Made by a program: the position numbers and the translations under genes. A DNA stretch of 64,000 nt from positions 231,804 through 295,803 of the forward strand of contig NIVC01001406.1 in the NCBI GenBank assembly GCA_002269645.1, given 5' to 3'. Under the pieces are notes generated by a model. That model did not search any database. It was given only the letters and a program-made list of their open reading frames with translations, and had not been told where the DNA came from. This DNA comes from Macrostomum lignano. Lineage: Eukaryota. Shown in pieces: positions 13,296 to 30,314 of the stretch (positions within the stretch are counted from its first letter, which is position 1; each line of letters starts with the position of its first letter).

Positions 13296-13751
13296 TAGAA
13301 TTTAGCTAAAGCATTTAAATTTGCACTAGATAGGTATGTCAAGCAAAATACAATAGTTTACGAAGTATACTAATAGTAATAGACAGTCTAAATTATCTTA
13401 GCCGTCCTCCTAGGGCTTAGCTGAATCTATATAAATACAACTTGATAGGAAGATAAATTACTAAAAGTAAAAAGTTTTCTATGAAACAATTATTATCATT
13501 AATATTATATACTGTATATTTATAAAATATTAGCAAAAACATTGTCTAATTATATGTTCTATAACTTTATATATTTTTTTTTACTAAAATTTTAAATAAA
13601 TAAAATATAAAAACTGAATATTTTATAGTGCAAATGTGATTTCTAACTTAACTTAAACTTTAACTTAATATAACTTTTGTTATGTTTAAACAAACAATAA
13701 ATGGATAGCATAGACTTTTTAAGTCTAGAATATTTGCACATTAATACACTA

Positions 13752-16864
<3,113 letters not shown>

Positions 16865-19800
16865 TCTCTACATATAAAAATCAAAACTCTGTCTGTCTGT
16901 GTGTGTGTCTGTATACAAATTTGATCGTTATGGACTCCCAAACCGCTCAAACAAATGACACCAAACTTTACACCCACCCTAAACTTACTACGGAGAATGT
17001 CTTAGGCTACCTTTTAATTTCCTAAATTTGAGTCTTCCCACCTAAAAGTGCAAAAAACTGCTCAAAATGCGCAATTTTTTAACTAAATCCTCCATAGCGC
17101 CGCTCCACTTCTACCGATTCTCTTTAAATTTGACACAGATAATCTTTAACTATTTTGGCACAATCATGTAAAATTTCGAGTCTCAAAGTTAATCCTGAGC
17201 GGTGCTGTGCACTTTTAAAGTTAGGCTGTTTTTTTCAGCGTGGCAACCACCCCAACCTCCGCCCGCCTGCCTCTCTTTCCCGATACCGATCTGAGCCCAG
17301 ATGTGTAAAATGGTTTCAAAATTGACTAGCTTTCAGCTGCCATAAGTTTGCTCCACGTAAAGCGATTGACTTTAAACTTGACACAATTCTTCATTGACTC
17401 ATTCTCTATCTAAATGTAAAGTTTCAACTCTGTAACTCAACCGAAAAAGAAACTGTAAGCATGTGAAGTTTGTCTGCTTTTTCTGTTGTTTGTGCCACTC
17501 ACTCACTCATTCCCCAGAGCCAGACGAAGGGTCAGGCGATAGGACTGAATGTACATAGCAAATGTACAGTGTTTTGGAATAACTTTATTTATAGCCTTCT
17601 CTGCACCCCGAGAGTGGAGAGGCGTGGAGAGGAGAGAGTTTAGCGAGAGATTCAACCACTGTCCTCACTCCTGTGTATAAGACAAGTCTGCAGGAGTTAA
17701 ACAAGGATGGCAAATCAAGGCGATGTGGGATGGTTTTTAAAAATAGCGAAAAATTAATGATTACAATGAACTGATTACAATGCAATCCTACTAAATTGCT
17801 TACACCATGAAAATTTTAACATTAAGATACGAATAAGGTACTTGAAAATTTAAATAACCTCCTAAGAAATGCGTATTTCCTTGGTTGTTAGACTGCTGCA
17901 GACTGTGGTGGTGGAGCTAGAGAATGGAGATACACAAATTCCTCTCAGGACTGCTAATTGGCCAGAAAGAGCACGAGAAATTATAACAACCATGATAGTA
18001 CTACGTCCCACAAACTGGATTTCGAAGCAGGGATCGGCAGATTTTTATCTCAAAGGCCAGATAAAGAATCAAGCTTATGGCTGCGGGGCAGATGAGAGTG
18101 AAAAGGAAAAGGAGTAGACTATTAGAAAGGGAGGAGGGGCGAGAGGGGATAAGAGAATAGATAGAAGATATCAGGAGAGACGAGGGGGTCGAGGGCAGCG
18201 GCAGAGCAGAGAATATGGGAGTCGGGAGGAAGAAGCGAGAGGAGGGAAGAGAGAAGGGAGATGGAATTAGAGGTGAGAAGATGGAGAGAGAAGAGGGGAG
18301 AGATGAGACAGAGGATCAATGAGAGAGGAGAGTAGAAAAGAGTGAGAAGAGATGAGAGATGAGAGAACAGAGAGGCAGATGAGAGAGGATCGAGAGGAGA
18401 GATTAGAAAGGATAGAGAAGAGAGGAGATAAGAGGGGATAGAGGGGAGAGAGAGGAGTGAGAAGAGGAGATAAGAGATGAGAGAGGGAAGAGTGAGAAGA
18501 TGAGATAAGATATAAGATATAAGAGATAAGAGAGAGAGTTGAGAAAGAAGAGAGGAGAAAGGAGAGATGATAGAGTAAAGGGAAGAGGAGGAGAGAGGAA
18601 AGAGATGAGATCGTGGAGATGAGAGAGATGAAAAAAAGATGATCGAGAGAGTAGAGATGAGAGATGAAGGAAGAGAGAGCAGAGTGCAGAGAGACGAGAG
18701 AAGAGAATAGAGGGGAGAGAGTATAGAAGAAGGAAGAGAAGAGAGGAGTAAGGAAAGAGGAGTGTCAGAAGAGGGGAAAGAGAAGAGTACACAGTAGAGA
18801 GGAGAGTAGAGATGACAGAAGAGAGAGGGGAATGAGAGAGCGAAGATGAGAGTGAACAGACGATATAAGAGAGGAGAGAGGAGAGTGAGAAAGAAGAGAG
18901 AAGACAAGAGAGGGAGAGAGTATAGAAGAGAGAAGTGAAGAGACAAGAAGAAAGAAGAAAGGATCGAGTCCTCCTGAGTCAAAAAAGGGGAAAGAGAGGA
19001 GTACAAGTGGAGAGAGGTGAGAGAACATATGAGAGTAAAGATGACAGAACAGAGAGGGGAGATGAGAGATCAGAACAGACGAGAGATGGGAGAGTAGAGA
19101 GAAAAGAGGAGAGATAAGAAATAAGAGATGAGAGGTGCAGACAAGGGAGAGATGAGAAGTGAGTGAGGAGAGAGGAGGGGAAGGGAGAGAATCGAGAGGA
19201 CAGGGGAAATTGGTGAAAAGGACGAGAGAGGAGAGGAAAGAGGGGAGAGATTAGAGAGAAGAGAGATAGGACAGGAGATAGCAGAGAGATGAGAGGAGAG
19301 AGGGGGGAGAGGAGAGAGAAGATAAAAGAAGAAAAATGAGAGATAAGATAGCAAAGACGAGAGAGAAGGGAGAGGTGAGGGATAGAAGACATGAGAGGAG
19401 AGAGTTGAGAGAAGAGAGGAAAAAGGAGAGAGTAGAGATAAGGAAAAAGTTAAGAGAGGGTATAGTAAGGAGTGAGAAGAGAGGTGAGGGAAGAGAGAGC
19501 AGAGAGCAGAGGGAAACAAGAAGAGATAAAAGAGGAGAAAGGAGATATGAGAGACCAGAGACCAGAGAGAAAAGAGGAGAAGAGAGAGAAAAGAATAGAG
19601 GGGAGATGGAAGAGACGAGAGAAGAGACGAGAGAGGAGAGAGGACAGAGGAGAGAAGAAAGAAGAGATAAGAGGAGAGAGAGAGAAGAGACAAGAGAGAA
19701 GATAGGAAACAGAAAAGAAGATGGAAGTTTCAAAGGATGCAAAGGACATAGGGAGAGGCAGAGGTAGAGGCCAGAGTTTGCCTGACATTCTGCGCAGCAC

Positions 19801-19981
19801 CCCAGCCAACAATAGCAATGTTTGCCTCAAATCCTAATTTTACATGAATGTACACTATTTAACTCTAATCCTAACTATTAACAAGTTTTTGTTTGAGTTT
19901 GACCTCAGATTTTAGAATACATGCAAAAAATCCAGGGAATGGAGTTCCCCGGGTTCAAAATCCGCGGGTTTCAACAGCTTG
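16865..19981 (+). mobile_element. Non-autonomous Helitron, copy 2 (most divergent)
   Basis: Same 5' TC terminus and 3' hairpin+CTTG terminus, fused directly CTTG|TC to copies 1 and 3. Confidence 0.8.
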
Positions 19982-21902
19982 TCTATACCTATAAAAATCA
20001 AAACTCTGTCTGTCTGTGTGTGGACAATTTTGATCGCTATGGACTCCCAAACCGCTCAACCAAATGACACCAAATTTTACACCCACCCTAAACTCACTAC
20101 GGAGAATGTCTTAGGCTACCTTTTAATTTCCTAAATTTGAGTCTTCCTACCTAAAAGTACAAAAAACTGCTCAAAATGCGCGATTTTTTCACTAAATCCT
20201 CCATAGCGCCGTTCCACTTTTATCGATTCTCTTCAAATTTGACACAGATAATCTTCAACTATTTTGGAACAATCATGTAAAATTTCGAGTTTCAAAGTTG
20301 ATCCTGAACGGCGCTGTGCACTTTTAAAGTTAGGCTGCTTTTTTCAGCGTAGCAACCACCCCAACCTCCGCCCGCCTGCCTCTCTTTCTCGATCCCGATC
20401 TGGGCATAGATGTGTAAAAGGGTTTCAAAATTGACTAACTTTCAGCTGCCATAAGTTTGCTCCAAATAAAGCGATTGACTTCAAACTTGACACAATTCTT
20501 CATTGACTCATTCTCTATCTAAATGTAAAGTTTCAACTCTGTAACTCAACCAAAAAAGAAACTGTAAGCATGTGAAGTTTGTCTGCTTTTTCTGTTGTTT
20601 GTGCCACTCACTCACTCCACTCATTCCCCCCAGAGCCAGACGAAGGGTCAGGCGATAGGACTGAATGTACATAGCAAATGTACAGTGTTTTGGAATAACT
20701 TTATTTATAGCCTTCTCTGCACCCTGAGAGTGGAGAGAGGCTACGTTTAGCCATAACAGTTTAGTGAGAAATTCTAACCATTGCCCTCCTCTCTGTATTG
20801 GCAAACTCTGCAGCAGTTTAACAGTGGATGGCAATTGGCAAATCGAGGGAATCCAGCATGGTTTGTAAAAGCGAAAGATTTATGAAAAGGCGATGCGATG
20901 CAATGAAATACAACCCTAATAAATTAGGCACACCATGGAAATTTTAAGTTTCTCTTAAAAGTACTTTAAAATTTAAATGGCCTCCTAAGAAATGCGTATT
21001 TCCTTGGTTGTTAGACTGATGCAAACTGCAGTAGAGCTGAAGATACACAAATTCCTTTCAGGGCTGCGAATTGGCAAGAAAGATGACGTGATCAAAGCAT
21101 GAGAACAACCATGTCAGTGGCCAGATAAAGAATCCAGCTTATGGCTGAGGGGCAGATGAAAGTGGAAAGAAGGAATAGACGATTCGAAGAGAGGAGAAGC
21201 GAAAGAGGGGATAAAAGAAAATATAAAAGATAATAGGAGAGATGAGGGGGTGAGGACGATGAGAGAGAGGGGGAGAAGAGGGGAGAGAGGAAAAGCGAGA
21301 GGAGAGAGTAGAGATGAGAGTAGAGAGCTGCAGATGAGAGGAGACAGCAGAGAGGAGAGCAGAGAGTTGACACAAAAGATTGACACAAAAAAGCTTGCGG
21401 CGCGAAAAAAATGGGCACTCCTCACTCCCACCACTGGGGAAGAGAGAAGAGATAAAGATACATCTCTACATCTCCAAGGTTGTAGAGATGAGAGAGGTGG
21501 AAGGAGAGATGAGAAATGAGAGATGAGAGATAAAGGAGAGAGGAGACTCGAGAGAGAGAGAAGAGAGGGAGAGAGAGTATAGAAAAGGGAAGAGAAGAGA
21601 AAAAAGTAAGGAGAAAGGAAAGTGAGGAGTCAAAAGAGGGGAAAGAAAAGAGTACAGAGGAGAGAGGTGAGAGAACATATAAGACTGAGATGCCAGATTA
21701 AAGAGGGGGATGAGAGAGCAGAGACGAGAGTGAACAGATGAAAGATGGGAGAGTAGAGAGAACAGAGAAGAGATAAGAGATTACGGAGACGAGAGGAGAG
21801 AAGAGAGACAAATGTAGAGAAGTGAGTGAGGAGAGAGGAGAGGAAAGAGGAGAATGGAGAGGGGAGAGAGTAGAGAGAGGAGGAGAGATAAGAGAGAAAG
21901 AC

Positions 21903-21970
<68 letters not shown>

Positions 21971-22868
21971 CAGAGAGAAATGAGAAGAGATAAGAGAGAA
22001 AAGATAAAAGAAAAGAAAGGAAAGATGAAAGAGCAAAGGCGAGAGAGAAAAAAGAGGTGAGGGAAGAGACGAGAGAAGAGGGGAGAGAGGAGAGAGGAAA
22101 GAAGAGATGAGAGGAGAGAGAGAGAGGAACGAGTAGAGAGGAGAGATGAGAGAGTAGAGGAGACAGTTAAGAGAAGAGAGAAAAGAATAGAGAGGAGAAG
22201 GAAGAGACGAGAGAAGAGGGGGGAGAGGAGAGAGGAGAGGAGAGAGAAAAGAAGAGGGAAGAGATGAGATAAGAGAAATGAAAGAAAAGAGAGATGAGGG
22301 AAGATACGAGAAAAGATAAGAGAGGAGAGAGGAGAGGAGAGAGAAAACGAAAGAGTAGGGAGGAGAGAGGAGAGGAGAGAGAAAACGAAAAAGTAGAGAG
22401 GAGAGAGGAGAGGAGAGAGAAAAGAAGAGACATGAGATGAGATAAGAGAGATGAAAGAGAAGAGAGATGAAAGAGAAGAGAGATGAGGGAAGATACGAGA
22501 GAAGAGGGGAGAGATGAGAGAGGAGAGACGAGGGACGAGAGAGAAGAGAGGAAACAGAAGAGACGATAGAAATTTTAAAGGATCCAAGGGACGTAGGGAG
22601 AGGCAGGGAGAGGCCAGAGTTTGCCCATACATGTTTTAGAGTCAGACAGACATTGCCTGACATTCTGCGCAGTACCCCAGACAACAATATCAATGTTTGC
22701 CTCAAATCCTAATTTTACACGAATGTGCTTCATTTTATGTCTACCTCTATCCTACTAACTATTAACAAGTTTTTGTTTGTGTATGGCCTTAGATTTCAGA
22801 ATACATGCAAAAGTAGTTCCGGGGATTGGAATTCCCCGGGTTCAAAATCCGCGGGTTTCAACAGCTTG
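19982..22868 (+). mobile_element. Non-autonomous Helitron, copy 3
   Basis: Starts TCTATACCTATAAAAATC, ends CAACAGCTTG followed by T, so the whole trimer sits between A(13751) and T(22869) with no TSD, as expected for Helitrons. Confidence 0.8.
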
Positions 22869-23537
22869 TATAGTATATACTACATTGGTTTATACCAACC
22901 TATATGCTATGAGACTTGAAAATTATACACCAAGTATATACTAATGATCAATATGCCCTAGAAATTTTGAATGCATATAACATGATCCTTAGAGTTGAGA
23001 ATGGTTTTTAGTCTATTGCTTATATTAGCATTAGAATCTCTAGAATCTATCTATTAGACCCTTTATACCTTTTGATAAAGTCCACAATGTAGATATGATC
23101 TGACCTCTAGCAAGTGATATAGCACTATATTCCAGATCATTTTGGGTGCATGCCTAAACTAAAATTGAAGAGTTACAAATGTATACCAAAAAAATTTAAT
23201 ATATGCCTTTAATTTAATTTAGGCATGTTGCAACAATAAATGACCCTTTTTGCATTGTATAAAGAATCCTTTTTGGCTACTTATTTATCTATATTATTTA
23301 TAACAAAAAAATGATATGCACAAAATTTTGTTTAAACATATTATTGATAAGCCTAAAAGCCAAAAAGTTTGAAATTTATGCTAAAATATGAATATTTTCA
23401 ATCTTTTTACATGATGCTATGAAGTGCATGCCAGGTATACATGCATACTATTTTCTTAAGAGTTATGCATACCAATTGTGTAGCCTAAATTTAAATGTGC
23501 AAGGCCAATGCACACCTAAATTTTTAGATATATACTA

Positions 23538-24142
23538 CAAGGGGTGTTTCAAAAGTAACGATAATTTTGTTACAAATTTTGATTATATAAATGTATGGAC
23601 CTGAAATTTTCACCCAATAATTTTACACATATAAACAACTAATAGCTTTATTTAAAGCCTTATATAGCTGCACACAACTGTGTAATCATAAATGAAACAT
23701 TGTGCCTCAAAATTTTAAATTATGATTTTTGTCTATGGCAAAAATAACCAAGTTTGAACGTGTTCATCAAGTAAAAAATCTGGCATTAACCAGGAATGCT
23801 ATGCAGCTCAAAACTGCAAGATTATTCCCAAGTAACTTTGCCCATAGAAAGCAGAAGGAGTGGGTCCTTATTAGAAGTAGCCAAATTTAGTAGCAAAAGT
23901 TGAAAAGCCTTCAAATTTTAAACTTTTTGAGTCTTTTAGCCATAGACAAAAATCATAATCTTCAATCTCAAAGCATGGACTTTCATTTTTAATTACACAG
24001 TTGCATTCAGCTATATAAGGCTTTAAATATGAAGCTAATAGTTGTTTATGTGTGTAAAATTATTGGATGAAAATTTTAGGTTCATATGTTTATCTAATCA
24101 AAAGTTATAACAAAATTCTTGTTACTTTTGAAACACCCCTCA
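23538..24142. mobile_element. Tc1/mariner-type foldback MITE
   Basis: TA-flanked TIRs (C/T)(A/G)AGGGGTGTTTCAAAAGTAAC with long imperfect inverted arms continuing inward. Confidence 0.75.
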
Positions 24143-25309
24143 TACATGATCAAGTCTATCTGGAGTGTGGATATAGCATGCAAAGTAAAAACATTTGTGT
24201 ATACATAGTATATACTTTTTTATACTTATAACTCATGATAATTAAATAAAAGAAAAAAATACATTTTTAGCTTCAAAAAGAAATGATTAAAATATGATTT
24301 CTATAACTAGAAATGATTAGTTATAGCGGCCTAATAGAAAAATATTAAGGCTCTTTGGCACTTTGGCAACAAGACATTAGGCCAAAATGTCTCCCTTTTT
24401 ATTGCCAATAAAGCAATTATGGTTGCCAAAAAAATTTATTGTCCCAAAATTGTCACTGAAGTGTCCATTGCTAAAGTGTCTTTTTGCCAAAGTGACTGGT
24501 AGCCATATATTAAAATGCAGAGAGGAAGCCCCTTAATGTAATTTTGTTATGCTTAAACATATAATTAATTACAGTATAATTTTTATTAGATATCATAAAG
24601 TCAGGCCCGAACCTGTCGATATGTGGACTGCCTGCTATGCAACGCTGGGGCGCCCAACACTGCCAATGGAGCTGACTTTGTTCACTCCTAAGCTATCTGA
24701 CGCACCTTGCTCTAACTGTGACTGCATGCGGGGTAGCATATTTAGTTGTTGTTGTTGTTAGATATCAGACAGTGAGACAGGAGCTAGAGTATCTAAAAAC
24801 ATGTCTAATGAACAGGGTTCCAATAATGCTGCTTTCTTAAGCAACTAAACTAAGCAATTAGACTACAGGTTAAAAGGGCAACAGATCAAAAAGGCAATAG
24901 TCAGAAGGGTGAAAGTCAAAAGGGCAACACTCATAATATATTTATTACAATTACCAGTTCACATGTGTTAGACTTCTATATGTTTAAAATATATTTGTTA
25001 AAATGTACAAGTAGTTAAAATTAGGCCTCAAGACTTGTGTGTGTATATTTGTTAACTTTGTTAAAATTTACAAGTAGCAATAGTATGAAATTGCAATCTA
25101 TTTTATGATTCCTAGCTGACTATTGAAAAGATTTTTGAATATCAATAGACCTATAAGAAAGGCAGAATATATTGAAAGATGAGCATTTACTCTTTGAGTC
25201 TAGACTAAAAGCAATAGCAATTTTCTCTGCTAAAATGATTAATGAAAAATGGGCAATTTTCTAGTTTTTTTCATTAAATTATTTTGACTCCAGAAAAGTA
25301 ATCTATGAA

Positions 25310-26875
25310 TGAGGGGTATCCCAGAAGTAGTGTCACTTTTGCATGTAAAATGGTTTCTAAAAGAACACTTAACTTAATAGAGCATGGCATTAAAAAGCGG
25401 TACAATCTAGCAACATTTTAATGATTGAATTTTGAAAATCAAACAAACAAAGAAAGTTACAAACAGAAACAGTTCCGCATAAAACCCACAAAGCAATTTT
25501 AAACACAGTAATGCATCTATTCATCATCTTTTATGGGCATCATCTTCTCGACATAGTCACCATGCAGCTAGATGCACTTCTGCCATCGTTGTTGAAGTGA
25601 ATTAATTGTATTGGCATAAAACTGTGGCTGAATATGATGAACCAGTGACTGACGCACAGCATCCACAATGCAGGCTCGATTCTTGTAGACATGACCTTGC
25701 AGCAGTTGCTTTAAGTGGGGGAACACAGCGAAGTCCAGCGGAGCCAAGTTAGGTGAGTATGGTGGGTGGGGCAAGATGTTAAAGTGCAGCTTCTCTAGAG
25801 CCTCCTGAGTCCGTCTGGCTATATGTGGCTTGGTGTTATCATGGAGCAGAATTAGTGGCTGTTGACCTCCATGCCTCCTGTTGCTGATGTTTCGCCAAAG
25901 TTTGTTTAGGGTTTAGACATAACAGTTGACCATCGTGTTGGGCTCCAAGAAGTCAATTGTAAGAGGACCACGCAAATCAAAGAAAACCAATGTCATGATC
26001 TTCTGAGCATGCAGTTGCTGCTATGCTTTGATTGGAGGATTTGATCCCTTTATTGTCCAGACCATGTACTACAAATTGGTAAGAGGATTGAAGTGAGGGA
26101 TCCATGTCTCATCACCAGTGACAATGTGCTCCCTGAAGTTCTACCATCCAAGCTGATTTGCAGGGTCCAGGTTTGCTTGGCAAAACACCATGCGCTGTCT
26201 TTTCAACTCCTCCATTAAAAGTCGCGGCACCCAATGAGCACTAAGCTTCACTAGTCCCATGCTACCAACAATGCTATGGTGCACACTGATTTAGGGGTGT
26301 TCAGTCTATTAGAAATCTGCCAGATGGTGTAGCGAGGATCTTCCAGCAAATCCAAGATCTGGTCAGGCAGCTCTTTGGATACAGAAGTCAAAGGGCATCC
26401 ACTTTTTGGCAAGTTGGAAATGCACTGGCAGCTAACCTTGAACTGCTTTATCCACTGGTAGACTGTTTTTCAACTGATAGCATCAGAACCATGAATGCGT
26501 GTCAGATTGTTGTGAATTTCAGGCATTTTTGGCTGAGACTCCCGAGTGTAAAAATTCTCTGCCCTTCTAATAAGTGAATGTTAGCCTCCATGCCTGGAAC
26601 AAGCCTTGCTGCTATTGCTGCTTTCTGATTCTGCTGCTCCATATGCTATTCTTCTATGCAAGCATAAAAGTAGTCATATGTATTTCTATGGTCAAGAGTA
26701 CGCAAACAAATGCATGCTGCCTAGAGCAGGCTATATATATGAAGCTAGGACTTTTGGTGAATGAAAGCTAAAATAAGCCGCTTACTCAACCAATATGGCA
26801 ATATGAAAAAAAATTAACATGCATTCTTACTTATGGCAGAAAGCAAATGTGACACTACTTTTGGGACATCCCTCA
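25310..26875 (-). mobile_element. Decayed mariner transposon
   Basis: TIRs TGAGGG(G/A)T(A/G)TCCCA(G/A)AAGTAGTGTCAC at both ends; transposase C-terminal remnant PHPPYSPNLAPLDF...QRWQKCI at 25568-25774. Confidence 0.88.
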
Positions 26876-29167
26876 TATTTTAAGTATAAATAAATACTTT
26901 TAAGACACTTAAGCCTGATTAAGCACTAATTCTATACTTCAAAACTTATTGTAATGCATCTGACACCAGAAAGTTGCAATAGTCTGGCTAGAATGTTTGA
27001 ACATTTTTTGACTTAAAAAAATTTATGGTTGAGTCTAAACATCAATGATCTTTGACAAGTTGACAAATAACAAATAACTAAAAGTAAGGTCTTAAATTTA
27101 GCAAAGCTATGTTGCATGCTATACATGGGACTTAAAATCACAAGCCCTATTTGAATTTGAAACTTAGAGGAATTGTTGTATCAATCAATGATCAACTGAA
27201 CCCAATAAAGCCATTTGGGAATATCCTATTATAGGGCCTAGGATATAGGGAATATCCTATGTAAAGCTTTTGCTGTTTGTTGGCAATTTGACCATAGAAA
27301 TAATACTTTTTATTTGTTTCTGTTAAGACTCATTCATTTGTTATTATTTTGGTTTTGGCCATAGACTATTGCAGCCTTTTGGTATTAGATACATTAATAA
27401 CAAGTTTTGAAGCATAAAATTAGGGCCTGATTAAGCTTAGGTCTCTTAAAAATAGCTATTTGTACTTAAAATAGTTCACACAGTACTTTTCTGGAGTCAA
27501 AATAATTTAACAAATGGAACTTAACAATTGCCAAAAAACTCACTATGTTCATGTTCATTATAATTTATAGGCCTTATATTTTTTGGAAAGAACTGCTTTG
27601 TAAAATTTTTCTAAGAAATGGGGTTTCCCATCCTTGGATATCTGAGTAGTCCTTTGTGCATTACTGTATATGCATGTTACAGCATGTAGAATGTCAATAC
27701 AACTCTAAGATGTACATATTTTTATTACTTTTTCGTACATTTTTAACAAAATTATTTTTAACAAATGTACATTTTGACAAATACAAGTCTAATACATGTG
27801 GACTTGTAATTGTTATGACTGTCGCTTTTTTGATCGGTTCCCAGCAACAGCAATTAGACCATGTCTTACAAAAATAATCACAAATTTACTCAATTGAGAT
27901 CTACATTCTTTTAATCATGTTTTTCTTTCTATTCTTTGATAAGTCGCAAGCAATTCAGTCTAAAGGAGACTCTTACGCTGATTGTAATTTATTTTTCGAG
28001 ATTAGGGTTCCTTTAATCATGTTACACTTACAGACCGACCGACACGACACTCACTACTTGTTATATTTGCAGGTTCAGACGTAACGTACGACACGAGCTC
28101 TCGGTTCATTTATTCTTTTTTTTTAACTTAATACAATATCGACACCTGATAAAACTTTTTCGGTAAAACTGAAAATAGAAAACGTAAATATTTTAGAATT
28201 TGTTTTTTATAAGGTAATCTTATAGCAGAAAAACATTTATTTTGAAAAACTTTTGTTTTGCTTCTCTGCATCCAACTTAAAACCGGAAGAAAAAACACGT
28301 AGGGAAATGAAACATTCTATGATTTTTTAAAGCTCTGCACGAATATATATAAAAAAACTAAGCAGCTTGTGTATACTCAAACACAAAATAAATTGGCTGT
28401 TTCACACCTTGTCAACCGACATGTATTATTGTAGTCTCCGAAATGGCGAAATCAATATTCTCAGGTCAATCGCCAAAACAAATCCCTGGGCTCTGCCTGG
28501 ATTTGTCACTTTTTACTGCTATTATTCGTGATGAATTCGTGCTATACATTTACCTGCAAGTTTCACCAGAACTGCAGTGTAAATAATCTATTAAATGTGT
28601 CATTTCTTCCGGGCGGTTACCAAAATTTACGTATTAACCTTACAATTGTCTGGATAGACACGAAGTAGCTCACACACTACTTGATGCTGTTGTTACAATA
28701 CGAAGTAGTATTTCGGTGCATTATGTTATCTTGAAATTTATTTTACGACGGCACGGAAAATAAGTGAAACAATTTTTACGAAAGAAATGTTTTCTCTGAA
28801 CATAGGGATAAAAATTAATTGAAAAAACTGTATATTTTGAAAATTGAACAGAAAGCGGAACTTTGCAAATAGGTAAAACAAGTTATTGCATTTTGGAAGA
28901 GTCACTTTAACTTGAATTTACGAGCTATTTTTGTATTTTTTATCAAAGAAACATAAATGCGCAAGAGGCATACAGGGAAATGCCTGTGGCAAATTTAACC
29001 TATTGATTTTAGTGACAAAAGTTAATAAACCAGTCGAACAACAGTTCAGTGATTCGGGTGATTGTAAAATAAATCAGATTGCACGTAAAACTAAATTGAA
29101 AACCGAAATATGGAAAAAAGCTTTCAATCTCGATTCATACGAGCTATTACGCACTATAGATATAATA

Positions 29168-29812
29168 TCAAAGTAAATTTTCCGCAGTTGAAGACATCGC
29201 CACTTTGGCTTGCTTAGCCGAGGTCGGACCGTCCGACACAGCTGCCGCCGTCTTGCTGCTCGCCGATGCATCATTCGCGGCGTCAGCGCTCGCATTCTCA
29301 TCGTTTTCATCCGGTAGGTCGTCGCCGGGCTCGCCAGTCTCGGCGGCAGCGGCGTGCCGCAGCGTCCATTCGCGAGCGCGCCGTTCAAACGCCGGCCGGT
29401 CGGTGACGAACTGCCGGGCCAGCTCGGCCTCCAGCGGATCGTCCGGATTCGGCGTCCGCATCAGCAGGCGAAGCTGCAGCAGGAGGCCGCGCAGGCTCAT
29501 GGCTGGCGACCAGGAGCCGGCGGGCTGCGGCTTCAAGCTGTCCAGGCAGATCCGGCCGGCGGAGTCGATGTTTGGGTGCAGTATGGCCGTCTTGAAACGC
29601 ATAGCCGGCGGCTCGAACGGATAACGAGGCGGGATTAGCAGCTCCAGGCGGAAGCGGCCGCCGGCGTATGGCGTATCCTCGTCGCCAGTAAGCAGCACCA
29701 CCAGCTGGTCGGGCCTGTCCGGTACGCGCTGCACTCTGCAGCCGGGCAGCGGGTCTGTCAGCAGCTGCTGCAGCTCGCGGGACAGTCGGCTCTGCTTAGC
29801 ATTGGCTGCCAT
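29168..29812 (-). CDS. UBE2T: Ubiquitin-conjugating enzyme E2 T (Fanconi anaemia pathway E2), intronless, 214 aa
   Basis: UBC fold with YPFEPP, HPNIDSAGRICLD (catalytic Cys) and PNPDDPL, closely matching the UBE2T-type sequence, followed by an acidic/low-complexity C-terminal tail. Confidence 0.9.
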   Translation of the reverse strand: MAANAKQSRLSRELQQLLTDPLPGCRVQRVPDRPDQLVVLLTGDEDTPYAGGRFRLELLIPPRYPFEPPAMRFKTAILHPNIDSAGRICLDSLKPQPAGSWSPAMSLRGLLLQLRLLMRTPNPDDPLEAELARQFVTDRPAFERRAREWTLRHAAAAETGEPGDDLPDENDENASADAANDASASSKTAAAVSDGPTSAKQAKVAMSSTAENLL

Positions 29813-30314
29813 ATGGAGAGCTAATTGAACTGTTTTACAGGAAAATCAGTGGGCTGAAAGTGTGAATAAAAATAATTATCCAATTGTTCACGCGTGATCT
29901 GCTGACATTACAGCGTATTTAGCCAACTAGTTCACTGAATCAGTAGTTTTCAGTCTCTAGGGGGGGGGGGTATTTCAGTAATACTTAGATAGAATTTTTC
30001 TCATTAGATTAAAGACGTATTTGCTAACACTGACGGGGTATTACTGAGGGGCTGGTTATGTAAAATGAGGGGTATTACTGAAGGGGTATACTCGTTCACT
30101 AAATGGGTAGTCGCTTACAGTACTCAAACGGGACGAGAAGGGATAAGATTTTCCGCGACGGGATCTCGGGACTAGGTCGGGAGGGGATTTGACAATTGTC
30201 ACCATCGGAACATCCATAAAAAGGAGTACTATCGTAGCCTACAGACAGCTATAAACCTCAGGCTACGGTTATTGTCAGGTTATTGTCTATAATAGATTGT
30301 TCCCCGTTTTTATT